Origin: Bacilli bacterium
Lineage (GTDB): Bacteria > Bacillota_I > Bacilli_A > ML615J-28 > CAG-698
NCBI GenBank assembly: GCA_017962745.1
Contig: JAGCUR010000003.1
Location: forward strand, 459 to 64,458
Direction of reading: 5' to 3'
DNA: 64,000 nucleotides
A program made the translations under genes and the position numbers. Positions within the stretch are counted from its first letter, which is position 1; each line of letters begins with the position of its first letter. This document shows positions 40,401 to 49,080 of the stretch, in pieces. The notes below the pieces were generated by a model. The model made no database searches, was not told the DNA's origin, and saw nothing but the letters and a program-made list of their open reading frames with translations.

Positions 40401-40843
40401 CAACCAACAAATCGATAATCCTTTTTTGTTGGGTCGGTAGGTTTGACTACCTTACCGCCGTCATTAATAATTTGTTTACCTATTTCCTCTACATCAAATG
40501 TGACTTCATATGTAATAGGTTTTATTTCTTCCCATTTAGCATATAAAGATAAATCATTATTTACTACTTGGTCAAAATCATATTCTATAGTTAACTCTTT
40601 ATCTATAAACCAACCAATAAAATTATATTCATCCCTGACTGGGTTAACCAGCTCTAGTTTTGTACCTTGTTTAATTATTTCAGTTTTCTTATTATTATCA
40701 TAATAATTTAATGTAATTACAACCATATTCTCTGTTGGAACAATAGCAACTGGTAGGTCAGCTTCTCTTTTACAACCGCCAATCAAAAAGATACCTGTAA
40801 TTATCAATATTATTATGAAATAATTATGTTTAAGCTTAGTCAT
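37442..40843 (-). CDS. Large lipoprotein: three Listeria-Bacteroides (Flg_new) repeats plus a pectate lyase (PL1-like) beta-helix domain and a C-terminal extension
   Basis: Lipobox IGGC. Three repeats ending in GW(F/Y).D..L....DF......L.AKW. PL1-like motifs are CWIHHNCF, DGSCDFKRG..FTCSYNYFEGCHKTSLVGSS and TYHHNIWYNCSARQPLTRRANIHFYNNF. Confidence 0.75.
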   Translation of the reverse strand: MTKLKHNYFIIILIITGIFLIGGCKREADLPVAIVPTENMVVITLNYYDNNKKTEIIKQGTKLELVNPVRDEYNFIGWFIDKELTIEYDFDQVVNNDLSLYAKWEEIKPITYEVTFDVEEIGKQIINDGGKVVKPTDPTKKDYRFVGWFIDANLTTGYDFNSIVNSSFTLHAKWIKLVNVIFHDVDRCEIKTEVIDEGTKLEYILNAPTIEKYEFVGWYKLGTDQLVDLDSYIFNEDTNLIATYKKIITTSKISLISSAGFEETATILFNKLEDATSYNFYLGDKLLTSNDYYLQEVNNLIRVDIFGLPKGSYKFRVIPIIEGAEYIESSAETDLIEVEAYDRSGYAHFNYSEGIGAYNDDGSLKPNAIVLYVTDENKNSVSLTYKGITVTGIGNILNSVGEASGDAGHETECKRVSDGKTYYGKGNTNQGILLKLAQDNIPLVIRFVGCVSDSGLYEVAPFDAKSASLINGLTGYNGYDYGGSVGDNGHMARMKSAKNVTLEGVGEEAIIDGWGFHLICESAHADLAKNFEVRNLTFINTPEDAIGMEGQENESSLTITASVERCWIHHNCFIGPTILNPAESDKGEGDGSCDFKRGRYFTCSYNYFEGCHKTSLVGSSKTSVQFCLTYHHNIWYNCSARQPLTRRANIHFYNNFIYGTTDTVASLRANSYMYSEFNYYLGCSRPVEYKEEGTTGICKSFGNVLVGCYNSYDAYVASNRDDLVNSDCVDGAISYVNFDTNPNLFYYDEDSKVSKCYITSAGVARIECLERSGSRYRTVLSSCLLKSGPNITNITPTQITTDTTLNIAKGKGVLKVFNIDSRYLLTISATSSNGYAPAYLLKLDGTFILALSSEEKQIILEAGTYVLVSGQSFTGNNNKNDKESTITKCVLEIYSEQEYNARLIANYNNKVSLIPEAIEYNDDCYNLLIDALAAYNKLGNLQNEVDNTKLVNSFATYKEKGIELVEAKIEAIISPVTTENANLVIDARAALNDLLDKYSDVTISNIKKLEEAEIEIANLSINKEKIECTFEGVPSNELFITSGNYGKTSATIDGVTYSQGLKMESSTSLTFTTSKSYKLTMHVTSGKKIKVDGIVYTVPDSGILLIETIDAGNHMITKNTTSTLLYYLSLEEK

Positions 40844-40865
40844 ACTTACCTCTTTTTATAAATCG

Positions 40866-40894
40866 ATTATAACATTAGAAACATTATTTATCAA
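40866..40894 (-). promoter_or_regulatory. Promoter for the 1133-aa lipoprotein gene
   Basis: Minus strand reads TTGATA (40894-40889), a 17-nt spacer ending in TGT, then TATAAT (40871-40866). Confidence 0.45.
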
Positions 40895-40905
40895 ATTGTA
40901 GACTA

Positions 40906-40940
40906 TTAAAAAAGAAGTAAATACAAAAGTATCTACTTCT
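40906..40940 (-). terminator. Weak hairpin terminator after the LRR lipoprotein gene
   Basis: agaagta/14-nt loop/tacttct (40913-40940), followed on the minus strand by TTTTT. Confidence 0.4.
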
Positions 40941-41421
40941 TATACCCGATTATTCTTTCATAATCTTCGACGCTTACATCATATTGTGCTTGCGCATTTT
41001 TAAAGCATTCATTACTAGCTAATATTTCAATATTGATATTAGCTTCACTATCTTCAAAAAATACATATTTTAGATTATCACATCGATAGAATGCACACTC
41101 TTCGATTTCTTCTAATCCTTTAGGAATATAAATTGATTCTAAGCTTGTGCAATACCAAAATGCACAATCTCTAATTACCTTTATACCATCTGATAACCTA
41201 ACGTGATAAATATTAATGTTATAAGCATAAGTATTATAGTCAATTGTATCAACCATTTTACCAAGGTAAGCATCAGGTACAATTACGTAAGCATCACTAC
41301 CAGCGTATTCACTAATAGTAACCTTACCATTACTTTCTTCATATTTATATTCTTTACTACCACAGCCTACTAATACTAATAAGAAAAGACTAATTACTAA
41401 AAGTTTAATGATTTTATTCAT
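40933..41421 (-). CDS. Small lipoprotein with BspA-type leucine-rich repeats
   Basis: Lipobox LVGC. IRDCAFWYCTSLESIYIPKGLEEIEECAFYRCDNLKYVFF is an LRR_5-like pattern. A strong RBS (GGAGG) lies inside the upstream gene's end. Confidence 0.7.
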   Translation of the reverse strand: MNKIIKLLVISLFLLVLVGCGSKEYKYEESNGKVTISEYAGSDAYVIVPDAYLGKMVDTIDYNTYAYNINIYHVRLSDGIKVIRDCAFWYCTSLESIYIPKGLEEIEECAFYRCDNLKYVFFEDSEANINIEILASNECFKNAQAQYDVSVEDYERIIGYKK

Positions 41422-42370
41422 GACGGCCTCCTAGTAATAAATCTAATTCTTTAAAGTTAGTAGATGCGCGATATTCTTTTAGTTCTAAATCATCATATAT
41501 ATAATCTAAATATTTCTTTTTCTTATAATATATGTATTTAAAACAATCGGTGGCATTTTCGTAGTCTTGATATATGGCATATAGACAGCCTAAGTTATAC
41601 CAAGATGAATAATATAGTTTTTCTAAATCTTTATTATCAGCTAGTAATTTACCTACCATATCAATACTCTTTAAATAATATAATCTAGAATTATTAAAAT
41701 CATTGTAATGATTTTTATAAAGTAAACCTAAATTATAATAAGTATATGGATATGGTTTATCAGTTTTTAATTCTTGTAAATAATGCTCTTTACCTTTTTC
41801 AAACTCTTTTAGCTTTACATAGCTTACACCTAGGTTAAAGTTAACCATGCTTGATTTACTATCTAAGTCATATGCTTTTAAGAAATACTTAATAGCTTCT
41901 TCATCTTTATCTTGCTTTTCGTAAATTGAACCAAGATTGACATAAGCCCAAAAGCTTTTTGGATCGACTTCAATTGTTTTCTTATAATATTTAATAGCTT
42001 CTTCTGTATTACCTTGTTCATCTAGTGCATATGCATAATCGAAAAAGATTTCTGGATATTCTTCCCCACTTGCTATGGCATCAAGGTAGTACTTATTAGC
42101 CATATCGATCTTACCTAATTCTTCATATGATCTAGCCATGATCCTTAAGATTTCGGTAACGCGCACTCTTTTATCAATTCTATTTTCAAAAATATCGATT
42201 ACTCTACTATAATTTCTTACCTCAAAGCTAAGCGTTCCGTAAAGTAATAAATCGAGATCAGTCATTTGTTCAATCGGGATTTTATCAAATTCATCTACGG
42301 CCTCTTGAATTTTCTCTTCTTGAACAAGCTGTGCGATTCTTTTTATTGTATCCAAGTACTTATCGCCCAT
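41414..42370 (-). CDS. Tetratricopeptide repeat (TPR) protein
   Basis: Repeated A..YY.KAI..DP....A..NLG.IY patterns (for example AIKYYKKTIEVDPKSFWAYVNLGSIYEKQ). Confidence 0.8.
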   Translation of the reverse strand: MGDKYLDTIKRIAQLVQEEKIQEAVDEFDKIPIEQMTDLDLLLYGTLSFEVRNYSRVIDIFENRIDKRVRVTEILRIMARSYEELGKIDMANKYYLDAIASGEEYPEIFFDYAYALDEQGNTEEAIKYYKKTIEVDPKSFWAYVNLGSIYEKQDKDEEAIKYFLKAYDLDSKSSMVNFNLGVSYVKLKEFEKGKEHYLQELKTDKPYPYTYYNLGLLYKNHYNDFNNSRLYYLKSIDMVGKLLADNKDLEKLYYSSWYNLGCLYAIYQDYENATDCFKYIYYKKKKYLDYIYDDLELKEYRASTNFKELDLLLGGRHE

Positions 42371-43119
42371 ATGAAAATTGACACCGTATTATTGAAGATA
42401 TGAACTCCAATAGAAAAAAAAATATTTTGGCCGCTATAAATATATGCCGCTACTAAGACAAACGCTAAAGCGAAATATTGAGGAAAATATATAAGTTGAT
42501 CAATTGAACTAGATACATGAATTAAAGCAAAGATAGCTGCAGATAATAAGCCTGCCCCCCAAAGTGGTAATTTTAGTTTTTGGTGAAGCGTACCAATCAT
42601 AAACTTACGATAAATTAACTCTTCTACGATTGGGGCAAGTATTACTACTAGTAAAATGGTTGGCCATTTTACAGGGGAAGATAATGCTCCATAAATCATT
42701 AACTGATTCATCGATGTACCCGTCTCACCAAGTTTTGCATATATGTACCCAACAATTACATCGACTACATAGATACCAACACCAAAAGCAAATATTAGAC
42801 CAATATTTCTACCAAGCTTTAATTTGAAATTATTAAACTCCGTTACAAGTACTTTATTACAAATAACACATACTGCACATATAAAGAATATATATGCGAT
42901 TACTTGTACAACAATTGAAGATAAACTTAAAACATTATTAATAGCATAGACACTATTAAATGGTATTCTATTCTTTAATACCCTTAGGGGTATTACAAAT
43001 AGACTAATACCAAGTTCAATAAATAGTAATGAAGCTAAAAAGAGAATTAAATAACTAGTACCATCTTTGATTTTTTTAAATATTAAATGATTATCTCTAA
43101 CTTCCCTATTTATTTGCAT
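42343..43119 (-). CDS. CPBP-family (CAAX/Abi) intramembrane glutamic endopeptidase
   Basis: Motifs APIVEELIYRKF (EExxxR), FALIHV (FxxxH) and HIFNN (HxxxN) in a polytopic protein. Its ATG overlaps the last codons of thrS. Confidence 0.8.
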   Translation of the reverse strand: MQINREVRDNHLIFKKIKDGTSYLILFLASLLFIELGISLFVIPLRVLKNRIPFNSVYAINNVLSLSSIVVQVIAYIFFICAVCVICNKVLVTEFNNFKLKLGRNIGLIFAFGVGIYVVDVIVGYIYAKLGETGTSMNQLMIYGALSSPVKWPTILLVVILAPIVEELIYRKFMIGTLHQKLKLPLWGAGLLSAAIFALIHVSSSIDQLIYFPQYFALAFVLVAAYIYSGQNIFFSIGVHIFNNTVSIFIWAISTWIQ

Positions 43120-45014
43120 TTACCTAAACTCTCGATATCCTTTTGGATATGTTTAATGAATTCATCAACTGATAAAGTATTTTGTTTTTCTTCACCATAT
43201 CTTCTTACATTAACACATCCACTTTCTTTTTCTTTATCACCGATAACAAGTTGATATGGAATCTTCTTAGTTTGAGCTTCTCTAATCTTATATCCTAACT
43301 TTTCATCTCTGCTATCAACTTCTGCCCTAATACCTAGTGCTTTTAGTTTATTATGAATATCGTTAACAAAATCAAGATGAGCTTCGTTATTTACTGGAAT
43401 TAATTTAACTTGAACTGGTGCAAGCCAAGTAGGGAATGCGCCACCAAAGTGTTCAATTAAAATACCAATGAATCTTTCAAATGATCCAAGTAATGCTCTA
43501 TGTAACATAATAGGTCTTACTTTTTCCCCATTTTCATCGATATAAGTTAAATCAAATCTTTCAGGTAAATTCATATCAAGTTGAATTGTTCCGCATTGCC
43601 AAATACGGTTCATTGAATCTCTTAACTTGAAATCAAGTTTTGGACCATAAAAGGCTCCATCGCCTGGGTTAATCTTAAATTCTTTACCACTTGCTTTACA
43701 AGCTTCAGCTAAAGCTTCTTCAGCTTTATTCCATACATCAATTGAACCGATGTATTTATTTTCCGGTCTAGTAGATAGCTCGATATGATAACTTAGGTTA
43801 AATACACTATAAATCTCATCATATAATCTAATTAAGTTTGCTACTTCTTCTTTAATTTGATCTTCTCTCATAAAGATATGTGCATCATCTTGAGTGAAAC
43901 ATCTAACTCTAAATAAACCGTTTAAGGCGCCACTTGCTTCGTGTCTATGAACTAGTCCTAGCTCACCAAGTTTAAGTGGTAAATCTTTATAAGAGTGAAT
44001 ATCTCTTTTATAAACTAACATACCACCAGGACAGTTCATTGGTTTAATTGCAAAATCAGTTTCATCAATAACTGTTGTATACATATTTTCACGGTAATTC
44101 ATCCAGTGACCTGATGTTTCCCATAACTCTCTATTTAACATCATTGGTGTTTGAATGAATTTATAACCTTCACGAGTATGTACTTTATACCAATAATCTT
44201 GAAGTGAATTCTTTAAGATCATTCCATTAGGTAGCCAGAATGGAAAACCAGGACCATATTCACTTAACATAAATAAGCCAAGTTCACGGCCAAGTTTACG
44301 GTGATCTCTTTTAGCTCTTTCTTCTAAAATATTTAAATGATTCTTTAATTCTTCTTCAGAAAAGAATGCTACTCCATAAATACGAGTTAATTGTTCGTTC
44401 TTAGAATCGCCACGCCAGTAAGCTCCACTAATAGCAGTTAGTTTAAAGTGGCCAAGATATTTTGTAGATGGGATATGTGGACCTCTACATAGATCCATAT
44501 AATCACCAGTCTTATAAACGCTAATTATTGCATCAGCTGGTAGTTCGTTAATGATTTCACATTTATATTTATCATTCTTAAATAGATTTAGTGCTTCATC
44601 TTTACTTACTTCGATTCTTTCATTCTTTAAATCCTTGTTAGCAATTTCGTGCATCTTCTTTTCGATAGCTGCAAAATCGGCTTCCGTAAGTTTTACATCA
44701 ACTGCGATATCATAATAAAAACCTTCTTCAATGGCAGGACCTACCCCAAAACAAGCATCAGGATACATTGCTTTAATCGCAGCAGCAAGTAGGTGCGCAC
44801 ATGAGTGGTTTAATACGCTAAATGCATCTTCTTTAAATTTTAATTCTAATTTTGCATCTTGCATAATAGGTCTAGATGCATCGTATGCTTCTTCGTTAAC
44901 TAAAGCAAAAATGGTCTTTTTGGCAAGGCTAGGTGAAATTGAAGCAGCAATTTCAATAGCGCTTGCCCCATCCTTAAATTCTTTAACACTTCCATCTAAA
45001 AAAGTAATCTTCAT
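43110..45014 (-). CDS. thrS: Threonine--tRNA ligase
   Basis: TGS domain, editing-domain HSCAHLL motif, class II core and anticodon-binding domain. 634 aa. Confidence 0.96.
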   Translation of the reverse strand: MKITFLDGSVKEFKDGASAIEIAASISPSLAKKTIFALVNEEAYDASRPIMQDAKLELKFKEDAFSVLNHSCAHLLAAAIKAMYPDACFGVGPAIEEGFYYDIAVDVKLTEADFAAIEKKMHEIANKDLKNERIEVSKDEALNLFKNDKYKCEIINELPADAIISVYKTGDYMDLCRGPHIPSTKYLGHFKLTAISGAYWRGDSKNEQLTRIYGVAFFSEEELKNHLNILEERAKRDHRKLGRELGLFMLSEYGPGFPFWLPNGMILKNSLQDYWYKVHTREGYKFIQTPMMLNRELWETSGHWMNYRENMYTTVIDETDFAIKPMNCPGGMLVYKRDIHSYKDLPLKLGELGLVHRHEASGALNGLFRVRCFTQDDAHIFMREDQIKEEVANLIRLYDEIYSVFNLSYHIELSTRPENKYIGSIDVWNKAEEALAEACKASGKEFKINPGDGAFYGPKLDFKLRDSMNRIWQCGTIQLDMNLPERFDLTYIDENGEKVRPIMLHRALLGSFERFIGILIEHFGGAFPTWLAPVQVKLIPVNNEAHLDFVNDIHNKLKALGIRAEVDSRDEKLGYKIREAQTKKIPYQLVIGDKEKESGCVNVRRYGEEKQNTLSVDEFIKHIQKDIESLGKCK

Positions 45015-45021
45015 AATTTAC

Positions 45022-45270
45022 CTCCTAAAATATAAAAAAGTCCTGAAGAACAGACTTCTTAAGGACTAGATAATTATCCAGCGGTACCACCTTAATTAAA
45101 AGCGTAATTTATAATTTCGCTTTTCACTCTTTTTAAAGCTTTCACGGGCTTACCCGGGCTAGTTTTTTTAGCCTGCTCCAAGGGAGTAACTCTTTTAGCT
45201 TAATAGTGGCTTTCACCGTCCCACCTCTCTAAAAATAAGTATTAAAAGAATCGTATCCTTTTCATCGCAT
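45022..45270 (-). promoter_or_regulatory. T-box riboswitch leader (Thr specifier ACU) with terminator/antiterminator
   Basis: Minus-strand elements, in order: GCGATGAAAAGG (GA/K-turn); AGAGA plus GGTGAAAG (AG bulge and distal loop); specifier-loop context GTT-ACT-C with ACT at 45187-45185; T-box sequence AAGGTGGTACCGCTG (45093-45079); terminator AGTCCTtaAGAAGtctgtTCTTcAGGACT followed by T6. Confidence 0.85.
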
Positions 45271-45280
45271 TTGTATCCCC

Positions 45281-45309
45281 ATTTTAACAAATCCCCACTT
45301 TTTTGTCAA
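45281..45309 (-). promoter_or_regulatory. Sigma-A-type promoter for the T-box-thrS operon
   Basis: Minus strand reads TTGACA (45309-45304), a 17-nt spacer, then TAAAAT (45286-45281). Confidence 0.5.
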
Positions 45310-45403
45310 TTGCTATGCATAAACTTAATTTATATTTAGTAAGAGGCTAAATATATATTGCTTAAAGATAAGATTATAAGTACAATTTAAGTGGTATATA
45401 GAT

Positions 45404-46081
45404 ATGAAAAAATTAATCGCTTTAGCATCTTTAATAATATTTGAATTAATAATGTTTATATTAATTCTCTTTGTGCCTAACAATCATACATATATTTTAT
45501 GTTATGTATCTGTAATTGCGGTATTTTTAGTAGCACTAATTTATGCATTTTTTAAAAAAGAATACTTGATCCCAACAGCCCTCTTATTTACTTTAATAGC
45601 TGATTTATTTTTAGTACTAATTGGGGCAGCCGAAGTGCGCGTATATGGGATGTTCTTTTTCATGATTGTCCAATTTATTTATGGATATTATTTACTAATA
45701 AATGATAAAGATCATTTAAAGATCTCAATTATTATTAGATTAGTTATGAATGTTATTTTAATTACAGCAGGCATTCTTGTTTTAAAAGATAGCACTGACT
45801 TTTTAAGTATGTTTTCAGTAATTTATTTAGCTAACATAATTTCTAATATAATTGCTTGTTTCTTAAATTTAAAAAAATATTATTTATTATTAATTGGCTT
45901 ATTCTTATTCTTACTTTGTGATGTCTATACAGGGTTAGTTATAGCAGATGGAGCATACTTAACATATAAAGAAGGCGGCTTACTATACACGCTAGTTAAT
46001 GCTAATTTTAACTTTACGTGGTTTTTTTATATCCCATCACAAACTATCATTGCTATCTATTATATTAATTTGAAAAAATAA
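45404..46081 (+). CDS. Polytopic membrane protein, possibly YhhN/lysoplasmalogenase-like
   Basis: About 7 TM segments with two half-site motifs (TLIADLFLV and LLCDVYTGL) reminiscent of YhhN. This is a weak call. Confidence 0.45.
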   Translation: MKKLIALASLIIFELIMFILILFVPNNHTYILCYVSVIAVFLVALIYAFFKKEYLIPTALLFTLIADLFLVLIGAAEVRVYGMFFFMIVQFIYGYYLLINDKDHLKISIIIRLVMNVILITAGILVLKDSTDFLSMFSVIYLANIISNIIACFLNLKKYYLLLIGLFLFLLCDVYTGLVIADGAYLTYKEGGLLYTLVNANFNFTWFFYIPSQTIIAIYYINLKK

Positions 46082-46153
46082 GTCTTATTCAACCATTAAT
46101 GGCAGTAGATATTTTTAAAATAACTCGTTATAATTATATTAGAGGATAAATTT

Positions 46154-46930
46154 ATGTTACATAGAATTGATCGAGTTCCTTTGATCATTAGGCGTATATA
46201 TATTTTAGCGTGCTTATCCGTAAGCGCGATAATGATATATTTTGTGCCTTTCAAGCAAGCTCCATTAATTGGGGTAGCCGGAATTATTTATGCTTACAAT
46301 CAATTTGTAATCATTCTTCAGACCAAAGGAAAAGTCCCATCTACAATTAAATATATTTCCCTAGCTGTAGATATTACTTGTTTACTACTTTCAAGCATCT
46401 TTTGCTTCTTCTCGATATTAAACGGGTATGAGCCGACTTTATGCAAAGCATTCTTCGCTTCGTTTATCTTAATGTTAGCAGGCGCTATCTTTGCTACTAT
46501 AGATGTTAAGAAAAGAACCGGGCTATATGATGAGTTATCATTGTATGCACCACCTATCTTAAGCGTATGTGCTTATTTAATCGGTGATACAATTGTAGCA
46601 CTAATTATAACTGGTGGATTCGTCTTATCAACTTACTTCATTGCAACAAGAATTATCTTTGCGAAAGACGAAAAAGATGAAGAATTAACTCCACTAGTAT
46701 CTGAATTTATCTTAGTTGCTACTTACCGCCAAGTTACTAAGTTTTGTAACGAATATGATGGCGACTTAACATATGATATGAAGCCAATGCCAGCCAATAA
46801 CTTTGGTTTCATTCAAGTAATATTTAAAGATCATATCTCAGATGCTATAAAACGCAAAAAGATTAAAAATATCCAAACCGATTTTAATAAAAAATATCCG
46901 GGATTTACATTATCAATAATCCATAATTAA
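46154..46930 (+). CDS. Hypothetical membrane protein with a soluble C-terminal domain
   Basis: Five or six hydrophobic segments followed by about 80 hydrophilic residues. No recognisable motifs. Confidence 0.55.
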   Translation: MLHRIDRVPLIIRRIYILACLSVSAIMIYFVPFKQAPLIGVAGIIYAYNQFVIILQTKGKVPSTIKYISLAVDITCLLLSSIFCFFSILNGYEPTLCKAFFASFILMLAGAIFATIDVKKRTGLYDELSLYAPPILSVCAYLIGDTIVALIITGGFVLSTYFIATRIIFAKDEKDEELTPLVSEFILVATYRQVTKFCNEYDGDLTYDMKPMPANNFGFIQVIFKDHISDAIKRKKIKNIQTDFNKKYPGFTLSIIHN

Positions 46931-46960
46931 AAATATCAGTTCTTGCGAACTGATATTTTT
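46929..46960. terminator. Bidirectional terminator (membrane gene / dnaI)
   Basis: aaatatcagttc/ttgc/gaactgatattt (46931-46958) with flanking T-runs on both strands. Confidence 0.65.
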
Positions 46961-47799
46961 TATTTACGATAATTGACATCATCTAACTCGATTTCTGTCA
47001 TTAACATTTTAATTCTCTCTACAACTCTACTAGCATTAACTAAATTAGATGAATCTTTAGCTTCAGCTAAATGTTGTTCTAATTCGCTAATACTATAATT
47101 AGATGACATAAATGTTGGTTTATATGCAAACATACGATATTGTAAAATCGGTCCTAAGACTTCATCCCTAACAAAGCTTGAATTACCTTCACCACCGATA
47201 TCATCAAACATTAAGACATCAGCTTGTTTGCATTTGTTAATAATGGCTTCATTATTACCAGTTGTAATATTCATCTTTATTGCTCTACAAAAATCTGGAT
47301 AATATACAAACACTACATTGATTCTTTTCTTAGCTAATTCTTTAGCTTCTTTTAAAAGGATAAATGTTTTACCAGTTCCAAAAGTACCATGGAGATAAAT
47401 ACCTTGATTTTTAAGTGGGTTTTTATTGTAAGCTTTTAGAGCTTTATATACTTCACTTCTAGCACCAGCTACTTTTAAATCACCATCTACATATTCACCA
47501 GGAAAATATAATAGTTCTAAATACCTTGGACTTATTAAATCTTTATATTCACAAGGAACATCGACTACTTTTACCCCATTAGCATAAACTAAGCCTGGAT
47601 GAGTATCAAAAGCTTCTAATCTGCACTCGCCTTTTCCTTTGCAAGCTTTGCAAACTTTTAAAGCTTCACTAACGTTATATAAATCAAATACCGCTTCTTC
47701 AATTTCCTCATCGCTTAATTTGTTATCGCTAACAAATTTAGCTACATATTCATCTTGAAGCGCATCATTTTTAAATTCTAATAGTGCTTTATTCATCAT
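46960..47799 (-). CDS. dnaI: Primosomal helicase loader DnaI
   Basis: N-terminal Cys cluster CKACKGKGEC. AAA+ Walker A GTFGTGKTF and Walker B MFDDIG. Confidence 0.88.
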   Translation of the reverse strand: MMNKALLEFKNDALQDEYVAKFVSDNKLSDEEIEEAVFDLYNVSEALKVCKACKGKGECRLEAFDTHPGLVYANGVKVVDVPCEYKDLISPRYLELLYFPGEYVDGDLKVAGARSEVYKALKAYNKNPLKNQGIYLHGTFGTGKTFILLKEAKELAKKRINVVFVYYPDFCRAIKMNITTGNNEAIINKCKQADVLMFDDIGGEGNSSFVRDEVLGPILQYRMFAYKPTFMSSNYSISELEQHLAEAKDSSNLVNASRVVERIKMLMTEIELDDVNYRK

Positions 47800-49055
47800 T
47801 CAAATAAATCCTTTACTAAATCAACCATTTGCTTAGTTTGTTCTTCGCTCATCGATCTATCTTTATCGAGATCTTTTTTATATTCTCCATACCAACTAGG
47901 TAAGACCGGTTTTTTAACTGTTTGTTTTTTATTAGCTACACTTGCAACTTCTTTATCTGCTGCATTCTTATCTTGATAATATTTAATAACATCATATGAA
48001 GTTTTAATTTTAGCTCTTGCCCAAGTGTTAGCAATCTTTTCAAAATAATTATAGCCTGGAAGTTCGCCATTCTTTTCTTTATTAACTTGTAGAATTAATA
48101 AGTTAATAACGCCAACTGGGAAGTTAGTATTATTTTGTAATTTCTCAAACATCGCAACTTCTGCTACACTTGGTTTAATGCCACTTAAACTTTGTAATAC
48201 ATCTGAAAAACTCATATTATCAACTAAGTTAATAATTTCTTGCCATTCTTCATCAACTACACTACCAACATATTTATCATCATTGTTAGCTTTTAAGCTC
48301 GGCTCTTTAACACTATATTTATTTTGGAATGCCATCTTAGCATTTCTAGAAATGCTAGCATATTCTAAATTCTTATCAATGGTAATGGTTTTATTTACCA
48401 CTTCATGCATTTCATCCACATTAAGTTTATAAGTAAAAGCAATTCTTAAAATATGTTTTTTAAATTCATTATCTTCTAAAACATCATCAGGAATTGATCC
48501 TTCAAACATCGCTTTAAATAAAACATAATTAAAGCTCTTGTTATCGACCACTACATCATTTTTAAATAATGAATTAATAAATGCTTCATTTGATTTTGTA
48601 TCCATACTAAATACATCTTCAAATTTCTTAGTTACATCACTATATCCTTCTAACTTAGCTTCATCTTCAGCTAGCTCTTCAATACCAACGCTTCCAATTT
48701 GGCTCTCTAAGCAAGCTTTTAGTAACTCATTATCTAAAAAATCTTTTTTAGATAGCGGTGGATATACTTCATGAATGTAACCAGCTTTTTTACTGTGATA
48801 TGTTTTAACAAGCGCTAATGCTTCTAGTTTATCAAGCGATTGATTTAAACTAGCTAAACTAAAACCATTAAGTAAATCTAATATATTTTTATATGAATAA
48901 TCTTTATTTACTTCTAATCCTAATAATACATTATAAAGTGAAAAGCTATCGATGCCCATAATTGGCAAATATAACTTGCTTAAGTTATTATAGTCTTCAC
49001 TATTTAAATGATATTTATTTATAATTTTAAAATTATCATAAATTAGTTCTGCCAT
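47796..49055 (-). CDS. dnaB: Replication initiation and membrane attachment protein (Bacillus DnaB-type, DnaD-like domains)
   Basis: Position upstream of dnaI with a 4-nt overlap. The C-terminal region ...YFEKIANTWARAKIKT is DnaD-domain-like. Confidence 0.78.
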   Translation of the reverse strand: MAELIYDNFKIINKYHLNSEDYNNLSKLYLPIMGIDSFSLYNVLLGLEVNKDYSYKNILDLLNGFSLASLNQSLDKLEALALVKTYHSKKAGYIHEVYPPLSKKDFLDNELLKACLESQIGSVGIEELAEDEAKLEGYSDVTKKFEDVFSMDTKSNEAFINSLFKNDVVVDNKSFNYVLFKAMFEGSIPDDVLEDNEFKKHILRIAFTYKLNVDEMHEVVNKTITIDKNLEYASISRNAKMAFQNKYSVKEPSLKANNDDKYVGSVVDEEWQEIINLVDNMSFSDVLQSLSGIKPSVAEVAMFEKLQNNTNFPVGVINLLILQVNKEKNGELPGYNYFEKIANTWARAKIKTSYDVIKYYQDKNAADKEVASVANKKQTVKKPVLPSWYGEYKKDLDKDRSMSEEQTKQMVDLVKDLFE

Positions 49056-49080
49056 ATAGGCCTCCTTTTCTTATATTATA

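Noticed and set aside
44731-45069. 112-aa plus-strand ORF over the thrS 5' end and the T-box terminator
   Set aside because: It lies antisense to the thrS TGS domain and runs into the leader terminator, so it is a shadow ORF.
45079-45093. tRNA-like GGTGGTACCGC segment
   Set aside because: It is the conserved T-box sequence of the thrS leader and pairs with the tRNA acceptor end. It is not a tRNA gene, and no cloverleaf can be drawn.
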